From positions 14,507 to 78,506 of the forward strand of contig CALXQL010000007.1 of assembly GCA_944390685.1 (NCBI GenBank): a DNA stretch of 64,000 nt, written 5' to 3'. The notes below the pieces were generated by a model. That model saw only the letters and a list, made by a program, of their open reading frames with translations, was not told the DNA's origin and searched no databases. The position numbers and the translations under genes were made by a program. Numbering within the stretch: position 1 is the stretch's first letter; the number at the start of each line of letters is the position of its first letter. This DNA is from an uncultured Alphaproteobacteria bacterium. Its GTDB lineage: Bacteria; Pseudomonadota; Alphaproteobacteria; Rs-D84; CACZYB01. This document shows, piece after piece, positions 40,358-51,425 of the stretch.

Positions 40358-40921
40358 ATGAGACATAATATGAGTGGAAGAAAATTAAACCGCACAAAAT
40401 CACATAGAAAAGCATTGTTTTCAAACCTTGCATGTTCTTTGATTGAACACGAACAAATTACAACAACTTTACCAAAGGCAAAGGACCTTCGTTCTTTTGC
40501 TGATAAAATGATAACTTTGGCAAAGAAAAATACACTTGCTGCAAGAAGACAAGCAATCGCATTTTTACGTTCCGAAGAAATTGTAAAAAAACTTTTTGAT
40601 ACACTTGCAAAACGTTATGAAAAAAGAAATGGTGGTTATACAAGAGTTTTAAAATCTGGACTTCGCTATGGTGATTGTGCTCCTCTTGCTATTATTGAAT
40701 TAGTAGATAGAGATGTAAAGGCAAAAGGTGCCCGTCAAAAAGAACACCTTGCAAAAACAAAAGAAGCTGAAAAGGAAACATCAAAGGTAACTGATAAATC
40801 AAATGCAAAGGAAGCTAAAACCACAACAAAGGATATAAAAGCAACCGATGTAAAAGCAAAAAAAGGAGCCTCCGGTGCAACTCCAAAAACAACATCACAT
40901 AGAAAAGTGATTGGACAATAA
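40358..40921 (+). CDS. rplQ: 50S ribosomal protein L17 with an A/K/T-rich C-terminal extension of about 60 aa
   Basis: Conserved L17 core ([14 protein letters not shown]...), then a low-complexity basic tail. Confidence 0.9.
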   Translation: MRHNMSGRKLNRTKSHRKALFSNLACSLIEHEQITTTLPKAKDLRSFADKMITLAKKNTLAARRQAIAFLRSEEIVKKLFDTLAKRYEKRNGGYTRVLKSGLRYGDCAPLAIIELVDRDVKAKGARQKEHLAKTKEAEKETSKVTDKSNAKEAKTTTKDIKATDVKAKKGASGATPKTTSHRKVIGQ

Positions 40922-40927
40922 CGAACT

Positions 40928-40958
40928 GCCCCCTTGCAAAAGGGGGCTTTATCTTTAA
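40928..40958 (+). terminator. Rho-independent terminator of the alpha operon
   Basis: GCCCCCTT-GCAA-AAGGGGGC, then TTTATCTTT. Confidence 0.55.
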
Positions 40959-40969
40959 AGGAAGTGAAA

Positions 40970-41833
40970 ATGAAAAAAATAGAAATAGATAAAGATCAAT
41001 ACATACTTTATATTTATCCATCAACGCCATCACAAATAGTGTTTTTTTCAAATAACTATCCTGTAAAACCACAGGCAAAAATCTTGTCATTAAAAGCAAC
41101 GCCAAATTCTTTAAAAGAAGCACTTCCTGTTTCCGCTGAATTTTTTGAAATAGTTGAAACAACAACAAACAAACAAAATAAAAATACACATAAGGCATTG
41201 CTTGTATGTAAAGAAGATGACTATGTCTTATTGGATAAACTTCCAACAATATTACCACCATCAAAGATAATAAATTTATTTAAAAAATATTTATTTAATG
41301 CAACTTATGATTATATAAAGGAATATGGTGATATAATTGAAGCAAAAAATCCAATTGAGTTTTTTAAAATGAGAGATTCTTTGGATTATATAATTGATGG
41401 AAATTTAAGAAAGAAAGTAAAGAAATCTAACGATAATAACGATACAAGCGCTCCAACAGTTAATGCATATATTTTTTCAAACAATATTAATGATGCAACA
41501 AATTTAAATCCTCAATGTAAACTTCTAACATTAAGATGTCATACTTATGATATAAAAAAATATCTACCATTACGAATTGAACAATTAAATTGGATTAATG
41601 GTAATACTTGCATAATAATTGCTGATGATTATGATGCTCTAAAATCATTTAAGGAACAATTGGCACCACATGATATTGTAATGGAATATAGAAAATTTAT
41701 GGCCTCTCAAATAATATATAAATATAAAATTATGAAAAATCGTTCCTATAAATTAAAGGAATTAAATAAATTATTAAAAGATATACAAAATTTAATATTG
41801 CAAGATTTTGTATCAATCAACGAAGGAAGATAA
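40970..41833 (+). CDS. Hypothetical protein. The ORF track start 40934 is rejected; the likely start is MKKIEID.
   Basis: RBS AAGGAAG before the ATG at 40970. The upstream extension overlaps the terminator hairpin. Confidence 0.4.
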   Translation: MKKIEIDKDQYILYIYPSTPSQIVFFSNNYPVKPQAKILSLKATPNSLKEALPVSAEFFEIVETTTNKQNKNTHKALLVCKEDDYVLLDKLPTILPPSKIINLFKKYLFNATYDYIKEYGDIIEAKNPIEFFKMRDSLDYIIDGNLRKKVKKSNDNNDTSAPTVNAYIFSNNINDATNLNPQCKLLTLRCHTYDIKKYLPLRIEQLNWINGNTCIIIADDYDALKSFKEQLAPHDIVMEYRKFMASQIIYKYKIMKNRSYKLKELNKLLKDIQNLILQDFVSINEGR

Positions 41834-41844
41834 AGGAGAGCAAA

Positions 41845-43470
41845 ATGACTAAATATATTTTTATAACCGGAGGAGTTGTATCATCACTTGGTAAAGGAAT
41901 TGCTTCTGCATCAATTGGGGCTCTACTTCAATCAAGAGGTTATAGTGTAAGAATGAGAAAGATGGATCCATATTTGAATGTTGATCCTGGCACTATGAGT
42001 CCATTTCAACATGGTGAAGTTTTTGTAACCGACGATGGTGCGGAAACAGATTTAGATTTGGGGCATTATGAAAGATTCACTGGAACATCTTGTCATAAAA
42101 CAGATAGTATTTCTGGTGGTCGCATATATTGGAATGTATTAAATAAAGAAAGACAAGGAGAATACCTTGGCGCTACTGTCCAATCAATTCCTCATATAAC
42201 AAATGAAGTAAAAAGTTTCATTTCATCAGATTTACATAATGAAGATTTTGTGATATATGAAATAGGTGGCACTGTTGGAGATATGGAAGGTGTATTATTA
42301 TTGGAAGGAATAAGACAATTCATAAATGAAGTTGGTAGAGAAAATGCCATGTTGGTTCACTTAACATTGGTTCCATATATAAAAACAGCATCGGAAGTAA
42401 AAACAAAACCAACACAACAATCTGTTCGTAATTTATTGGAACTTGGACTTTTCCCAAATCTAATTTTATGCCGAAGTGATAATCCAATTCCAAGTGAAGA
42501 AAAAAGAAAAATAGCAATGTTTTGCAATGTCAAACCGGAAAATGTTATTTCCGCTCCGGATGTTGATAATATATATAAGATACCAAGCATTTATCATACC
42601 CAAGGTTTAGATGATAGAATTTTGGCACATTTTGATATGTTAGAAAGTTCACCATCACCTGACTTTGAAAAATGGGAAAAAATAGAAAATACAATAGGCA
42701 ATTGGGAACATAATATAACAATTGCAATAGTCGCTAAATATTGTGGATTTCCAGATGCGTATAAATCATTAAATGAGGCAATTTATCACGCATCAATTGC
42801 AAATAAAACAAAAATAAATATTAAATGGGTAAATTCCGAAGAAATAGAAGAAATGTCGGATTCAGATATTGAAAATGTATTTTCTTCTGTTGATGGAATA
42901 ATTGTTCCAGGCGGATTCGGTTATCGTGGAGTAGAAGGAAAAATTAAAACTGCAAATTATGCCAGAACTCATAACATACCATATTTAGGTATTTGTTTGG
43001 GTATGCAAGTCGCAGTTATTGAAATGGCAAGAAATCTTTTGGGAATTAAAAATGCAAATTCAACTGAATTTACAAAGGATTGCACACCTATAATTTCTCT
43101 TATAACAGAATGGGAAAATAATGGTAAAAAAGAAATAAGAGATGAAAATACTAACAAAGGTGGCACTCTTCGTCTTGGAAGTTATAAATGTCATTTAACA
43201 CCTAATACATTGGCTCATAAAATTTATGGTAAAACAGAAATAGAAGAACGTCATCGTCATAGATATGAAATGGATATTTCTTATGAAAAAGCATTAAATG
43301 AAAAAGGTGTTATCATAAGTGGACGTTCCCCAGATGGTAAATTACCAGAAATAATTGAAATACCATCACATAAATTTTTCATAGCGGGACAATTCCATCC
43401 TGAATTTAAATCACGTCCTTTTGCTGTTGCTCCAATATTTGATGCATTGGTAAAAGCATGTTTAAATTAA
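41845..43470 (+). CDS. pyrG: CTP synthase
   Basis: 541 aa with an N-terminal synthetase domain and a C-terminal GATase (GICLGMQ). Confidence 0.95.
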   Translation: MTKYIFITGGVVSSLGKGIASASIGALLQSRGYSVRMRKMDPYLNVDPGTMSPFQHGEVFVTDDGAETDLDLGHYERFTGTSCHKTDSISGGRIYWNVLNKERQGEYLGATVQSIPHITNEVKSFISSDLHNEDFVIYEIGGTVGDMEGVLLLEGIRQFINEVGRENAMLVHLTLVPYIKTASEVKTKPTQQSVRNLLELGLFPNLILCRSDNPIPSEEKRKIAMFCNVKPENVISAPDVDNIYKIPSIYHTQGLDDRILAHFDMLESSPSPDFEKWEKIENTIGNWEHNITIAIVAKYCGFPDAYKSLNEAIYHASIANKTKINIKWVNSEEIEEMSDSDIENVFSSVDGIIVPGGFGYRGVEGKIKTANYARTHNIPYLGICLGMQVAVIEMARNLLGIKNANSTEFTKDCTPIISLITEWENNGKKEIRDENTNKGGTLRLGSYKCHLTPNTLAHKIYGKTEIEERHRHRYEMDISYEKALNEKGVIISGRSPDGKLPEIIEIPSHKFFIAGQFHPEFKSRPFAVAPIFDALVKACLN

Positions 43471-43489
43471 ATATAACAATAAAATGAAA

Positions 43490-43520
43490 ATCCCCCTTAA
43501 AAAGGGGGATAATTTTTTTA
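43490..43520 (+). terminator. Rho-independent terminator after pyrG
   Basis: ATCCCCCTT-AAA-AAGGGGGAT, then a T-run. Confidence 0.55.
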
Positions 43521-43690
43521 TAAATGTTTTGAATTTATAATTTTATAAGAAGCAAAGGCAATTGCACCATAAACTCCATAAACAAAAATAGTTTCTAAAA
43601 TTTTTTCCTCCTTTTAATTTTGCTAATAAATGATAGCATATATATATAAAATATCAATAAAAAAAGTCCTGGAATAACCAAGACCTTTAT

Positions 43691-44506
43691 CTACTTTAAC
43701 TCAAATGTTGTATATACTTCAACCGATATATCAGCATTACCACTAAATATTGATGGAGCCACACTATCCATAGCCGATTCTATCATAGCAGATTTGGCCA
43801 TTATACCATAAGACATACGAGTATTAGAATTTCTAACATTATTTACTAAATTAGCGGAAACCATTTTACCAATTGATTGTCCAGCCCCCTTTGCCATATC
43901 AATAGCCTTCTGTTTAGCATCGCTAACAGCTTTTTCCAAACAATCTGCTTGTTCTTTTTTCAAAGTATCTTTTGAAACAAAGGTATTAAGCCCATTAGGA
44001 TAAACATCACTAAATTTAGAAACTTCTTGTAATATATCACTTAATAATTTCATATCAGGAGAAATGATTTCAAGTCCTATTACACTTTCCACACCCAACT
44101 TAACATTCTTTTTTAATTCTTGATTCCATTCAGTCTTATCATAGGTATTAAACTCAGTTGTTTCCAATTCAATCAAAGGATATTGTTTTTGAAGTTCCAT
44201 AACATAATCGGAAATTTTATTATATGTCATAGTTGATTTTGAAGTTGCAAGAGAAGCATCTTTATCTAAATTTTTTACTTTTAAAATTATAGACATTCTG
44301 TCTTTTACAACTTTTTTGGAACATTCACCAGATACATTTATGATTTTATTATCATTATTATTATATTTCATTACTCCTGTTGCAATTAAAGCAATAAGAG
44401 ATACAAAAATAACATTTATATTAAGTTTTTTAAAATCCATTTTTTCACCTCCATTTATAAAAAGAATAACATAAAAAAGGAATAAAGACAATATTAAAAA
44501 ATACAA
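43691..44506 (-). CDS. SIMPL/BP26-family (DUF541) periplasmic protein
   Basis: Signal/TM N-terminus. INVSGECS..., KAVSDAKQKAIDMAKGAGQSIG and the C-terminal ISVEVYTTFELK match the BP26/OMP28 pattern. Confidence 0.65.
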   Translation of the reverse strand: MYFLILSLFLFYVILFINGGEKMDFKKLNINVIFVSLIALIATGVMKYNNNDNKIINVSGECSKKVVKDRMSIILKVKNLDKDASLATSKSTMTYNKISDYVMELQKQYPLIELETTEFNTYDKTEWNQELKKNVKLGVESVIGLEIISPDMKLLSDILQEVSKFSDVYPNGLNTFVSKDTLKKEQADCLEKAVSDAKQKAIDMAKGAGQSIGKMVSANLVNNVRNSNTRMSYGIMAKSAMIESAMDSVAPSIFSGNADISVEVYTTFELK

Positions 44507-44558
44507 TTTATAGTTGCATTTTTAAAAATATCAATTATTATATAACAAAGAGGGAAAA

Positions 44559-45080
44559 ATGAATATATTTATAAGAAAATTAAAAACACAATGGAACAAT
44601 CAAAAAATAACATTAACAGATTTGTTAAGATGTTCTTTATTCATCTTAATATGTAATTTAGTTGGATATTTCAGCCATATTTTTCAATATAATAGTTTAA
44701 GGGCATGGTATCCAATATTGGAAAAATCGCAACTAACCCCACCAAACTTTGTATTTCCAATAGTTTGGACAATATTATTTGTGTTAATAGGTATTTCCAC
44801 TTGTATAAGTTATAAAAATGCAAATAAAGAAAATAAAGTATTTGTGCTTTTCATTTTCATAATGCAATTGTTATTTAGTTTTTTATGGATAATTTTATTT
44901 TTCTGGTTAAGAAATCCACTTATGGGTTTTGTTGAAATACTATTTTTCTTATACATAATAATCAAAATGATGAGTATCTATAAAAATTCCAGTTTAATAG
45001 GATATTTATTATTATATCCATATTTATTATGGGTAAGTTTTGCAGCATATTTGAACTTAATAATAATATTAAAAAATTGA
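44559..45080 (+). CDS. tspO: TspO/MBR tryptophan-rich sensory protein
   Basis: WYPILEKSQLTPPNFVFPIVWTILFVLIG matches the TspO signature. Confidence 0.65.
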   Translation: MNIFIRKLKTQWNNQKITLTDLLRCSLFILICNLVGYFSHIFQYNSLRAWYPILEKSQLTPPNFVFPIVWTILFVLIGISTCISYKNANKENKVFVLFIFIMQLLFSFLWIILFFWLRNPLMGFVEILFFLYIIIKMMSIYKNSSLIGYLLLYPYLLWVSFAAYLNLIIILKN

Positions 45081-45294
45081 AGTTTATAGTGATGATAAAT
45101 AGGAATTGTAATGAATAAAACTAACAAAACGACAAGCCATACAAAATATTTTCTATAAAAGGAAAATATAAACAATTCATATTGAAATCACTATAATCCC
45201 ATACTTATAAAATAGGTATGGGAATTTTTTATTGATATGAAAGAAATAATAATATAATATATCATTGTTTAAATTATAAATAATAGGGTTTACT

Positions 45295-46068
45295 ATGAGC
45301 AAAGTTATAACTATGATACCGGTAAGAATGGCTGCAACACGATTACCAAATAAACCTCTACTTGATATAAATGGAAAAACATTGATACAAAGAGTTTATG
45401 AAAATGTAAAAAAAGTTATGCCAGGAGATGTTGTTATAGCTGCTGGTGATGAAAGCATAATAAAAGAAGCAGAAAAATTTGGGGCAAAGGCAATTTTAAC
45501 CGATCCATCTCTTCCAAGTGGAACCGATAGAATTGCAAGTGCATTAAATCAATTGGATCCAACAGGTGAAAATTATGATATAGTAGTGAATTTCCAAGGT
45601 GATAATATAAATGTAGATCCAAGTGTAAATTTGCCACTTATAGAAATGGTAGAAAAAACAGGATGTGATATAGCAACTTGTGGAATGGTTTTTAAAAATG
45701 AAAAAGATATAAATGATCCAAATATGGTAAAAATAGTTATGCCAATAACTGATGATGAAAAAGAAGGTCGTTGTTTATATTTTACTCGTGCCACTGCACC
45801 ATATATAAGGAATCCAGAAAAATCAAAAACACACAATTTTTATCATCATATAGGTATTTATGTTTATAAGGCTTCTTCACTTAAAAAGATGGTATCTCTT
45901 CCAGTTGGAGTTTTAGAAGATAGAGAAGCACTTGAACAATTAAGAGCATTAGAAGCAGGTATGCATATCCGTGCAAAAATTATTGAAAAAATGAAATTGA
46001 TTGATGAGGCACCTGCGGATATAAATACAAAGGAAGAATACGAAGAATCTTTAAAATACATAAAATAA
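45295..46068 (+). CDS. kdsB: 3-deoxy-manno-octulosonate cytidylyltransferase
   Basis: IPVRMAATRLPNKPL... KdsB signature. Confidence 0.85.
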   Translation: MSKVITMIPVRMAATRLPNKPLLDINGKTLIQRVYENVKKVMPGDVVIAAGDESIIKEAEKFGAKAILTDPSLPSGTDRIASALNQLDPTGENYDIVVNFQGDNINVDPSVNLPLIEMVEKTGCDIATCGMVFKNEKDINDPNMVKIVMPITDDEKEGRCLYFTRATAPYIRNPEKSKTHNFYHHIGIYVYKASSLKKMVSLPVGVLEDREALEQLRALEAGMHIRAKIIEKMKLIDEAPADINTKEEYEESLKYIK

Positions 46069-46072
46069 AAAA

Positions 46073-46098
46073 GGGGAGGTTGAACCTCCCTTAATTTT
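46073..46098. terminator. Bidirectional terminator between convergent kdsB and polA
   Basis: GGGAGG-TTGAA-CCTCCC flanked by T/A runs. Confidence 0.45.
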
Positions 46099-48917
46099 TA
46101 ATGAGCATCTTTCCAATTATCTGCGACACCTACTTCTGCAATTAAAGGAACTGATAATTGTATTACATTTTCCATAGTATTTTTAATAATTGAAGTTGCA
46201 TAATCAACTTTATCTTCTTTTACTTCAAACACTAATTCATCATGCACTTGAAGAAGCATACGAATATCATCAGTTAAATTTTCTTCTTTTAATATTTTTT
46301 GAATTTTTACCATTGCAATTTTTAAAATATCAGCGGCACTTCCTTGAATAGGAGCATTGATAGCAGCTCGTTCCGCATAAGATTTAAGTTTAGGATTATT
46401 TATATTTGCAATAAAAGATTTTCTATTAAACATAGTTTCAACAAATCCATTTAAATGAGCAAAATTCTTAATCTTTTCCATATATGTTTTAATTTCTGGG
46501 AAGTTACGAAAATAATTATCAATATATTCTTTTGCTTCATTTTGAGAAATTCCCAATTGATTGGCAAGTCCAAAAGGTGATATTCCATAAATAATTCCAA
46601 AATTAATAGCCTTTGCATTTCTTCTAATATCAGGAGTCATCATATCCTCGGCTATACCAAAAACTTGAGAAGCGGTTCTTGTATGAATATCTACATTGTC
46701 AATAAAGGCTTGTTTTAAATTTTTTACATCTGCAATATCCGCCATTAAACGAAGCTCTATTTGAGAATAATCACATGCAAGAATTTTGAAACCTTTTTCA
46801 GCAATGAAAGATTTTCTTATATCTTTACCAAGATCCGTTCTTATAGGTATATTTTGTAAATTAGGATTATTGGATGAAAGTCTACCAGTGGAAGTCCCAC
46901 ATTGAAAATAATTAGTATGAATTCTTCCATCACGTTTTAAAATTTGATTTGGTAAAGTATCACTATAAGTTCCTTTTAACTTGGAAATTTCGCGATATTT
47001 TAAAACATAATCAGCTATTTCAAAACCTTGAAAAGAAAGCTTTTTCAAAATATCAATATCCGTTGAAAATTCATTATTATTTTTTACCTTATCAGGATAA
47101 GGGATTTTCATTTTTATAAACAACATATCGGCAAGTTGTTTAGGAGATATGATATTAAATTCCTCTTTTGTGATATCAAAAATTTTAGTTTCAAGTTCAT
47201 CTAAAATATTTTGGAATTCCTCACTTAAAACATTAAGTCTATCCACATCAATTTTAATACCCCATTCTTCCATATCAAATAATACATAAAGAAGAGGTAA
47301 ATCAATATCCTTATAAACCTTTAAAAGATTAGATTCGTTTTTAAATCTTTCATTAAAAATATTATAAAGACGAAGAGTTATATCAGCATCTTCTGCGGCA
47401 TAATCAAGAGCCTTATCCAAACTTACATTATCAAATGGGATTTGATTTTTCCCACTGCCACATACATCGGTATAATGAATGGTGGAATAATTAAGATGTA
47501 TTTTTGCCAAATCATCCATGTTATGAAGATTTTTAGTGCTATCCAAAACATAACTCATAATCATAGTATCTTCTACTGGAAACACATTTATGCCAAGTTG
47601 TTTAAAGATATGCATATCATACTTAATATTATGACCAATTTTTATTACATTTTTATCTTCAAGTAATTCTTTAAGATACTTTAATATATCATCAATAGAT
47701 AATTGATTTTCCAATAAAATATCTTTTCCATCATTGAATAAATCACTTCCATCAAATACAATTTTTTTATGATGAATAGGAATATAACAAGCTTTACCTT
47801 CCTCCACAGCAATAGAAATTCCCACGATTCCCGCCTCTAAACTATTAAGACCGGTTGTCTCAGTATCAATTGCAAAAATTCCTTTATTTTTGCATAAATC
47901 AATCCACTTTAAAAGAGTTGGAACATCCCTTACCAATTCATAATTTTTTTCAATTTGATAGGTATTAGGTTTTATAACTTCTTCACTTTGAACTTGATGA
48001 TTATCAATATCATTTGAATTTAATATATTAGCATATTCTTTAACAAATTTTTCAGCTTTAGGAATTAAAGATTTGAATTCCATTTCATTTAAAAAAGCGA
48101 TGATTTTATTTTCATCAATTGGCGTCCTTTTCAATTCACTAATAGGAGTATCTAAAGGCACATCATTTTTAAGTGTAGCAAGTTGTTTTGAAATTCTTGC
48201 AATTTCAGCATTATTTTCAATAGTCTCCCTTCTTTTATCTTGTTTAATATTTCTTGCATTAAGAAGTAGATTTTCAAGAGAACCATATTTGTTAATAAGC
48301 TCACTTGCAGTTTTAGGACCAATACCTTTTACTCCTGGAATATTATCGGAAGAATCACCAATCAAAGCTTGAACATCTACAACAAGTTTAGGACTTACAC
48401 CGAATTTATCAAGCACTATTTGCTCATTTATATATTTTTGTTTCAAAGGATCAAAGATAGCAACATTATCATCTAAAAGTTGCATCAAATCTTTATCTGA
48501 TGAATAAATGACAACACTATCACCATTATTTTTTGCAATATTGGAATAAGTCGCAAGTAAATCATCGGCTTCAAATCCAATTTGTTCAATGGAAGGAAGA
48601 TTGAAAGCTTCTACAGCTTTTCTAATATATGAAAATTGCGGAACCAATTCTACGGGAGTTTCCAATCTATTAGCTTTATATTCAGGATAAATATCATTTC
48701 TAAAATTCTTACGTGCCGCATCAAAAATAACAGCAATTATTTCATCTTTTCCATCTCTTTCAATAAGAAGTTTAAGAAGCATATTACAAAAACCATATAC
48801 CGCTCCCACCGGTAAATTATCACTTCTTGAAATAGGGGGCAAAGCGTAAAATGCACGAAATATATATCCCGAACCATCAATCAAAATATATTTTTTATTC
48901 ATAAAAATCCTTTCCAT
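46098..48917 (-). CDS. polA: DNA polymerase I
   Basis: 939 aa with 5'-3' exonuclease, 3'-5' exonuclease and polymerase domains. Confidence 0.95.
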   Translation of the reverse strand: MERIFMNKKYILIDGSGYIFRAFYALPPISRSDNLPVGAVYGFCNMLLKLLIERDGKDEIIAVIFDAARKNFRNDIYPEYKANRLETPVELVPQFSYIRKAVEAFNLPSIEQIGFEADDLLATYSNIAKNNGDSVVIYSSDKDLMQLLDDNVAIFDPLKQKYINEQIVLDKFGVSPKLVVDVQALIGDSSDNIPGVKGIGPKTASELINKYGSLENLLLNARNIKQDKRRETIENNAEIARISKQLATLKNDVPLDTPISELKRTPIDENKIIAFLNEMEFKSLIPKAEKFVKEYANILNSNDIDNHQVQSEEVIKPNTYQIEKNYELVRDVPTLLKWIDLCKNKGIFAIDTETTGLNSLEAGIVGISIAVEEGKACYIPIHHKKIVFDGSDLFNDGKDILLENQLSIDDILKYLKELLEDKNVIKIGHNIKYDMHIFKQLGINVFPVEDTMIMSYVLDSTKNLHNMDDLAKIHLNYSTIHYTDVCGSGKNQIPFDNVSLDKALDYAAEDADITLRLYNIFNERFKNESNLLKVYKDIDLPLLYVLFDMEEWGIKIDVDRLNVLSEEFQNILDELETKIFDITKEEFNIISPKQLADMLFIKMKIPYPDKVKNNNEFSTDIDILKKLSFQGFEIADYVLKYREISKLKGTYSDTLPNQILKRDGRIHTNYFQCGTSTGRLSSNNPNLQNIPIRTDLGKDIRKSFIAEKGFKILACDYSQIELRLMADIADVKNLKQAFIDNVDIHTRTASQVFGIAEDMMTPDIRRNAKAINFGIIYGISPFGLANQLGISQNEAKEYIDNYFRNFPEIKTYMEKIKNFAHLNGFVETMFNRKSFIANINNPKLKSYAERAAINAPIQGSAADILKIAMVKIQKILKEENLTDDIRMLLQVHDELVFEVKEDKVDYATSIIKNTMENVIQLSVPLIAEVGVADNWKDAH

Positions 48918-49024
48918 GTTTATTTAGAATTATTATATAGTCAAAGATAAAAAAAACAATAAAATAAAACTTGCATTTTTTCATAATAATGATACTTTCA
49001 AAATAAAAATATATGGAGTAAAAA

Positions 49025-50134
49025 ATGAGTTTAAAATATGAAGTTTTAGAAACAGATGGAAAATCCCGTTTAGGTATATTACACACAAAACACGGAGATA
49101 TACATACCCCATGTTTTATGCCAGTTGGCACTTGTGCAAGTGTGAAGGCACTTCGTCCCGAAGATGTTGAAGCAACCGGAGCAGAAATAATTTTGGGTAA
49201 TACTTATCACTTAATGCTTCGTCCAACGGCTGAGTTAGTATCAAAAATGGGGGGACTTCATAAATTTATGAATTGGCCTAAACCAATTTTAACTGATTCC
49301 GGTGGTTTCCAAGTAATGAGTTTGGAAGGTTTAAGAAAAATAACCGAAGAGGGAGTTGAATTCCAATCTCATATTGATGGGGGAGCAAAACATCTTTTAA
49401 CTCCGGAAAGATCCGTTGAAATACAAAATATGTTGGATAGTAATATAACAATGTGTTTTGATGAATGCTTATCATGGCCAGTTGATAAAGAAAAAGCAAC
49501 ACAATCAATGCGTATGTCAATGAGATGGGCAAAACGTTCCTATGATGCCTTTGAAAATAGGGAAGGTTATGGAATATTTGGCATAGTGCAAGGAAGTATG
49601 TATAAGGATTTAAGATTGGAATCCATTGAAAAATTGACTGCAATAAATTTTGATGGTTATGCAGTTGGAGGTTTGGCAATAGGAGAGCCTCAAGAAATGA
49701 TGTTTGAGGTTTTGGATTATACAGTTGAAAATCTTCCGGATAATAAACCACGTTATCTTATGGGTGTAGGGAAACCAAGTGATATAGTGGGTGGAGTTTT
49801 AAGAGGTATAGATATGTTTGATTGTGTGATGCCAACAAGAAGTGGTCGCACAGGTCAAGCCTTTGTTCGTGGTGGTTTTATAAATATAAATAATGCATGT
49901 TATAAAGACGATGATAAACCGTTGGATGAACAATGCCAATGTCCAACTTGTCAAAAATATACAAGAGCATATTTACATCATTTATTTAATGCAAAGGAAT
50001 TGTTAGGTTATACTCTTCTTTCCCACCATAATATATGGTATTACCAAGATTTAATGAGAGATATCCGTAAGGCAATAAAGGAAAATCGTTATAAAGAATT
50101 TGCCGAAAATTTCTTTAAAACAAATAAATGCTAA
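49025..50134 (+). CDS. tgt: Queuine tRNA-ribosyltransferase
   Basis: FMPVGT, zinc site CQCPTC...H. Confidence 0.9.
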   Translation: MSLKYEVLETDGKSRLGILHTKHGDIHTPCFMPVGTCASVKALRPEDVEATGAEIILGNTYHLMLRPTAELVSKMGGLHKFMNWPKPILTDSGGFQVMSLEGLRKITEEGVEFQSHIDGGAKHLLTPERSVEIQNMLDSNITMCFDECLSWPVDKEKATQSMRMSMRWAKRSYDAFENREGYGIFGIVQGSMYKDLRLESIEKLTAINFDGYAVGGLAIGEPQEMMFEVLDYTVENLPDNKPRYLMGVGKPSDIVGGVLRGIDMFDCVMPTRSGRTGQAFVRGGFININNACYKDDDKPLDEQCQCPTCQKYTRAYLHHLFNAKELLGYTLLSHHNIWYYQDLMRDIRKAIKENRYKEFAENFFKTNKC

Positions 50135-50178
50135 ATATATATTGACAAAATAAAAATATTCTATATATTACTTTCATT

Positions 50179-50691
50179 ATGACAAAAAATGAATTAGAAA
50201 CTTTGTTAAAACAATTAGAGGAATTAAAAAGTTATGATATGATTCCATCTAATGTTTATAGACGCTTATATTCATTAGTAATGTATAAGTGTAGTAAATG
50301 TAAATTCTTTCATAATGGTAAATGTACATCTCATATTAAATCATTTAAGATACAGAAGAATTGCTATTATAATGAAAAGTTATTAGTAAACTATTTATTT
50401 ATGTTAGAATATGTAAAAAATACAGCATATGAAATCGTATATAAATATAAACATCAATATATAAATGAAATGTATGATAATTTAATTGATGGATTTTTAA
50501 GTATATATAATAAAATTCCACCTTCTACACATGAAAAAATATTAAATGAAATATCAAACTTTTGTATTGGTTGTTCAATATGCAATAAATTCAAAGAAAA
50601 TTGTAATGCAGATTCCAAATATAGAGAAAAAAATAATTGCCATCTATCTTATGAAAGAATGCAAAATTTATTAGATGAAAATACACGTTAA
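50179..50691 (+). CDS. Cysteine-rich hypothetical protein, 170 aa
   Basis: CxxC-type clusters CSKCKFFHNGKCTSH and CIGCSICNKFKENC. It overlaps the rluB-like gene end convergently by 4 nt. Confidence 0.4.
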   Translation: MTKNELETLLKQLEELKSYDMIPSNVYRRLYSLVMYKCSKCKFFHNGKCTSHIKSFKIQKNCYYNEKLLVNYLFMLEYVKNTAYEIVYKYKHQYINEMYDNLIDGFLSIYNKIPPSTHEKILNEISNFCIGCSICNKFKENCNADSKYREKNNCHLSYERMQNLLDENTR

Positions 50692-51425
50692 ATTTGTTTT
50701 TTGTATTTTTCAAACTTTTCTAAAATTGTTTTTGGAATTTTGACTTGATAAATTGAACTAACGGGAAGATTTCTTAATTCTAATCCGGCATAGGAAATAC
50801 GAATAAGTTTATTTACTTGATACCCCAAAGCTTGCATGACTTTTCTAATTTCCCTATTTTTCCCTTCACAAAGTTTAATGGTAAGCCAAGAATTAGAAGA
50901 CATTTTTTTATCAATTTTAACATCAATAGATTTATATTGCACACCATCAACATTGATACCATTTTTAAGTTTTAAAATGTCATCATTTGATGGACAACCT
51001 CTTACCCTCACCTTATAAATTCGTTCAAAATGATTTTTTGGATTTTCCATAAAACGTTTAAATTCTCCATTGTTTGTAAGAAGTAAAAGCCCTTCTGAAT
51101 TTAAATCCAATCTTCCAATGAAAAGAAGCCTTCCATATATATCACCAATATCATCAAAAATGGTTTTTCTATTTTTTTCATCATTAGAAGTTGTAATCAC
51201 ACCTACCGGTTTATGATAAATAAAAAGTTTAATTTCATCTTGTTTTAAAATTTCTTTTCCATCTACCAAAATGATATCATTATTATCAACATCAAGAGCA
51301 GGAGAGGATATAATTTCCCCATTTACACTTACCATACCATCAATGATTTTTCGCTCAGCTTCTCTTCTTGAACAAAGACCGGAAGATGCAATAACTTTGG
51401 CGATTCGCTGTTTTTCTTTAAACAT
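50688..51425 (-). CDS. RsuA/RluB-family pseudouridine synthase
   Basis: N-terminal S4 domain. Catalytic FIGRLDLNSEGLLLLTNNGEF. Confidence 0.8.
   Translation of the reverse strand: MFKEKQRIAKVIASSGLCSRREAERKIIDGMVSVNGEIISSPALDVDNNDIILVDGKEILKQDEIKLFIYHKPVGVITTSNDEKNRKTIFDDIGDIYGRLLFIGRLDLNSEGLLLLTNNGEFKRFMENPKNHFERIYKVRVRGCPSNDDILKLKNGINVDGVQYKSIDVKIDKKMSSNSWLTIKLCEGKNREIRKVMQALGYQVNKLIRISYAGLELRNLPVSSIYQVKIPKTILEKFEKYKKQI

Noticed and set aside
19869-43166. Many short ORFs on either strand inside lepA, fusA, ribosomal protein genes, secY, rplQ and pyrG
   Set aside because: All are embedded in highly conserved genes. They have no RBS and no plausible function.
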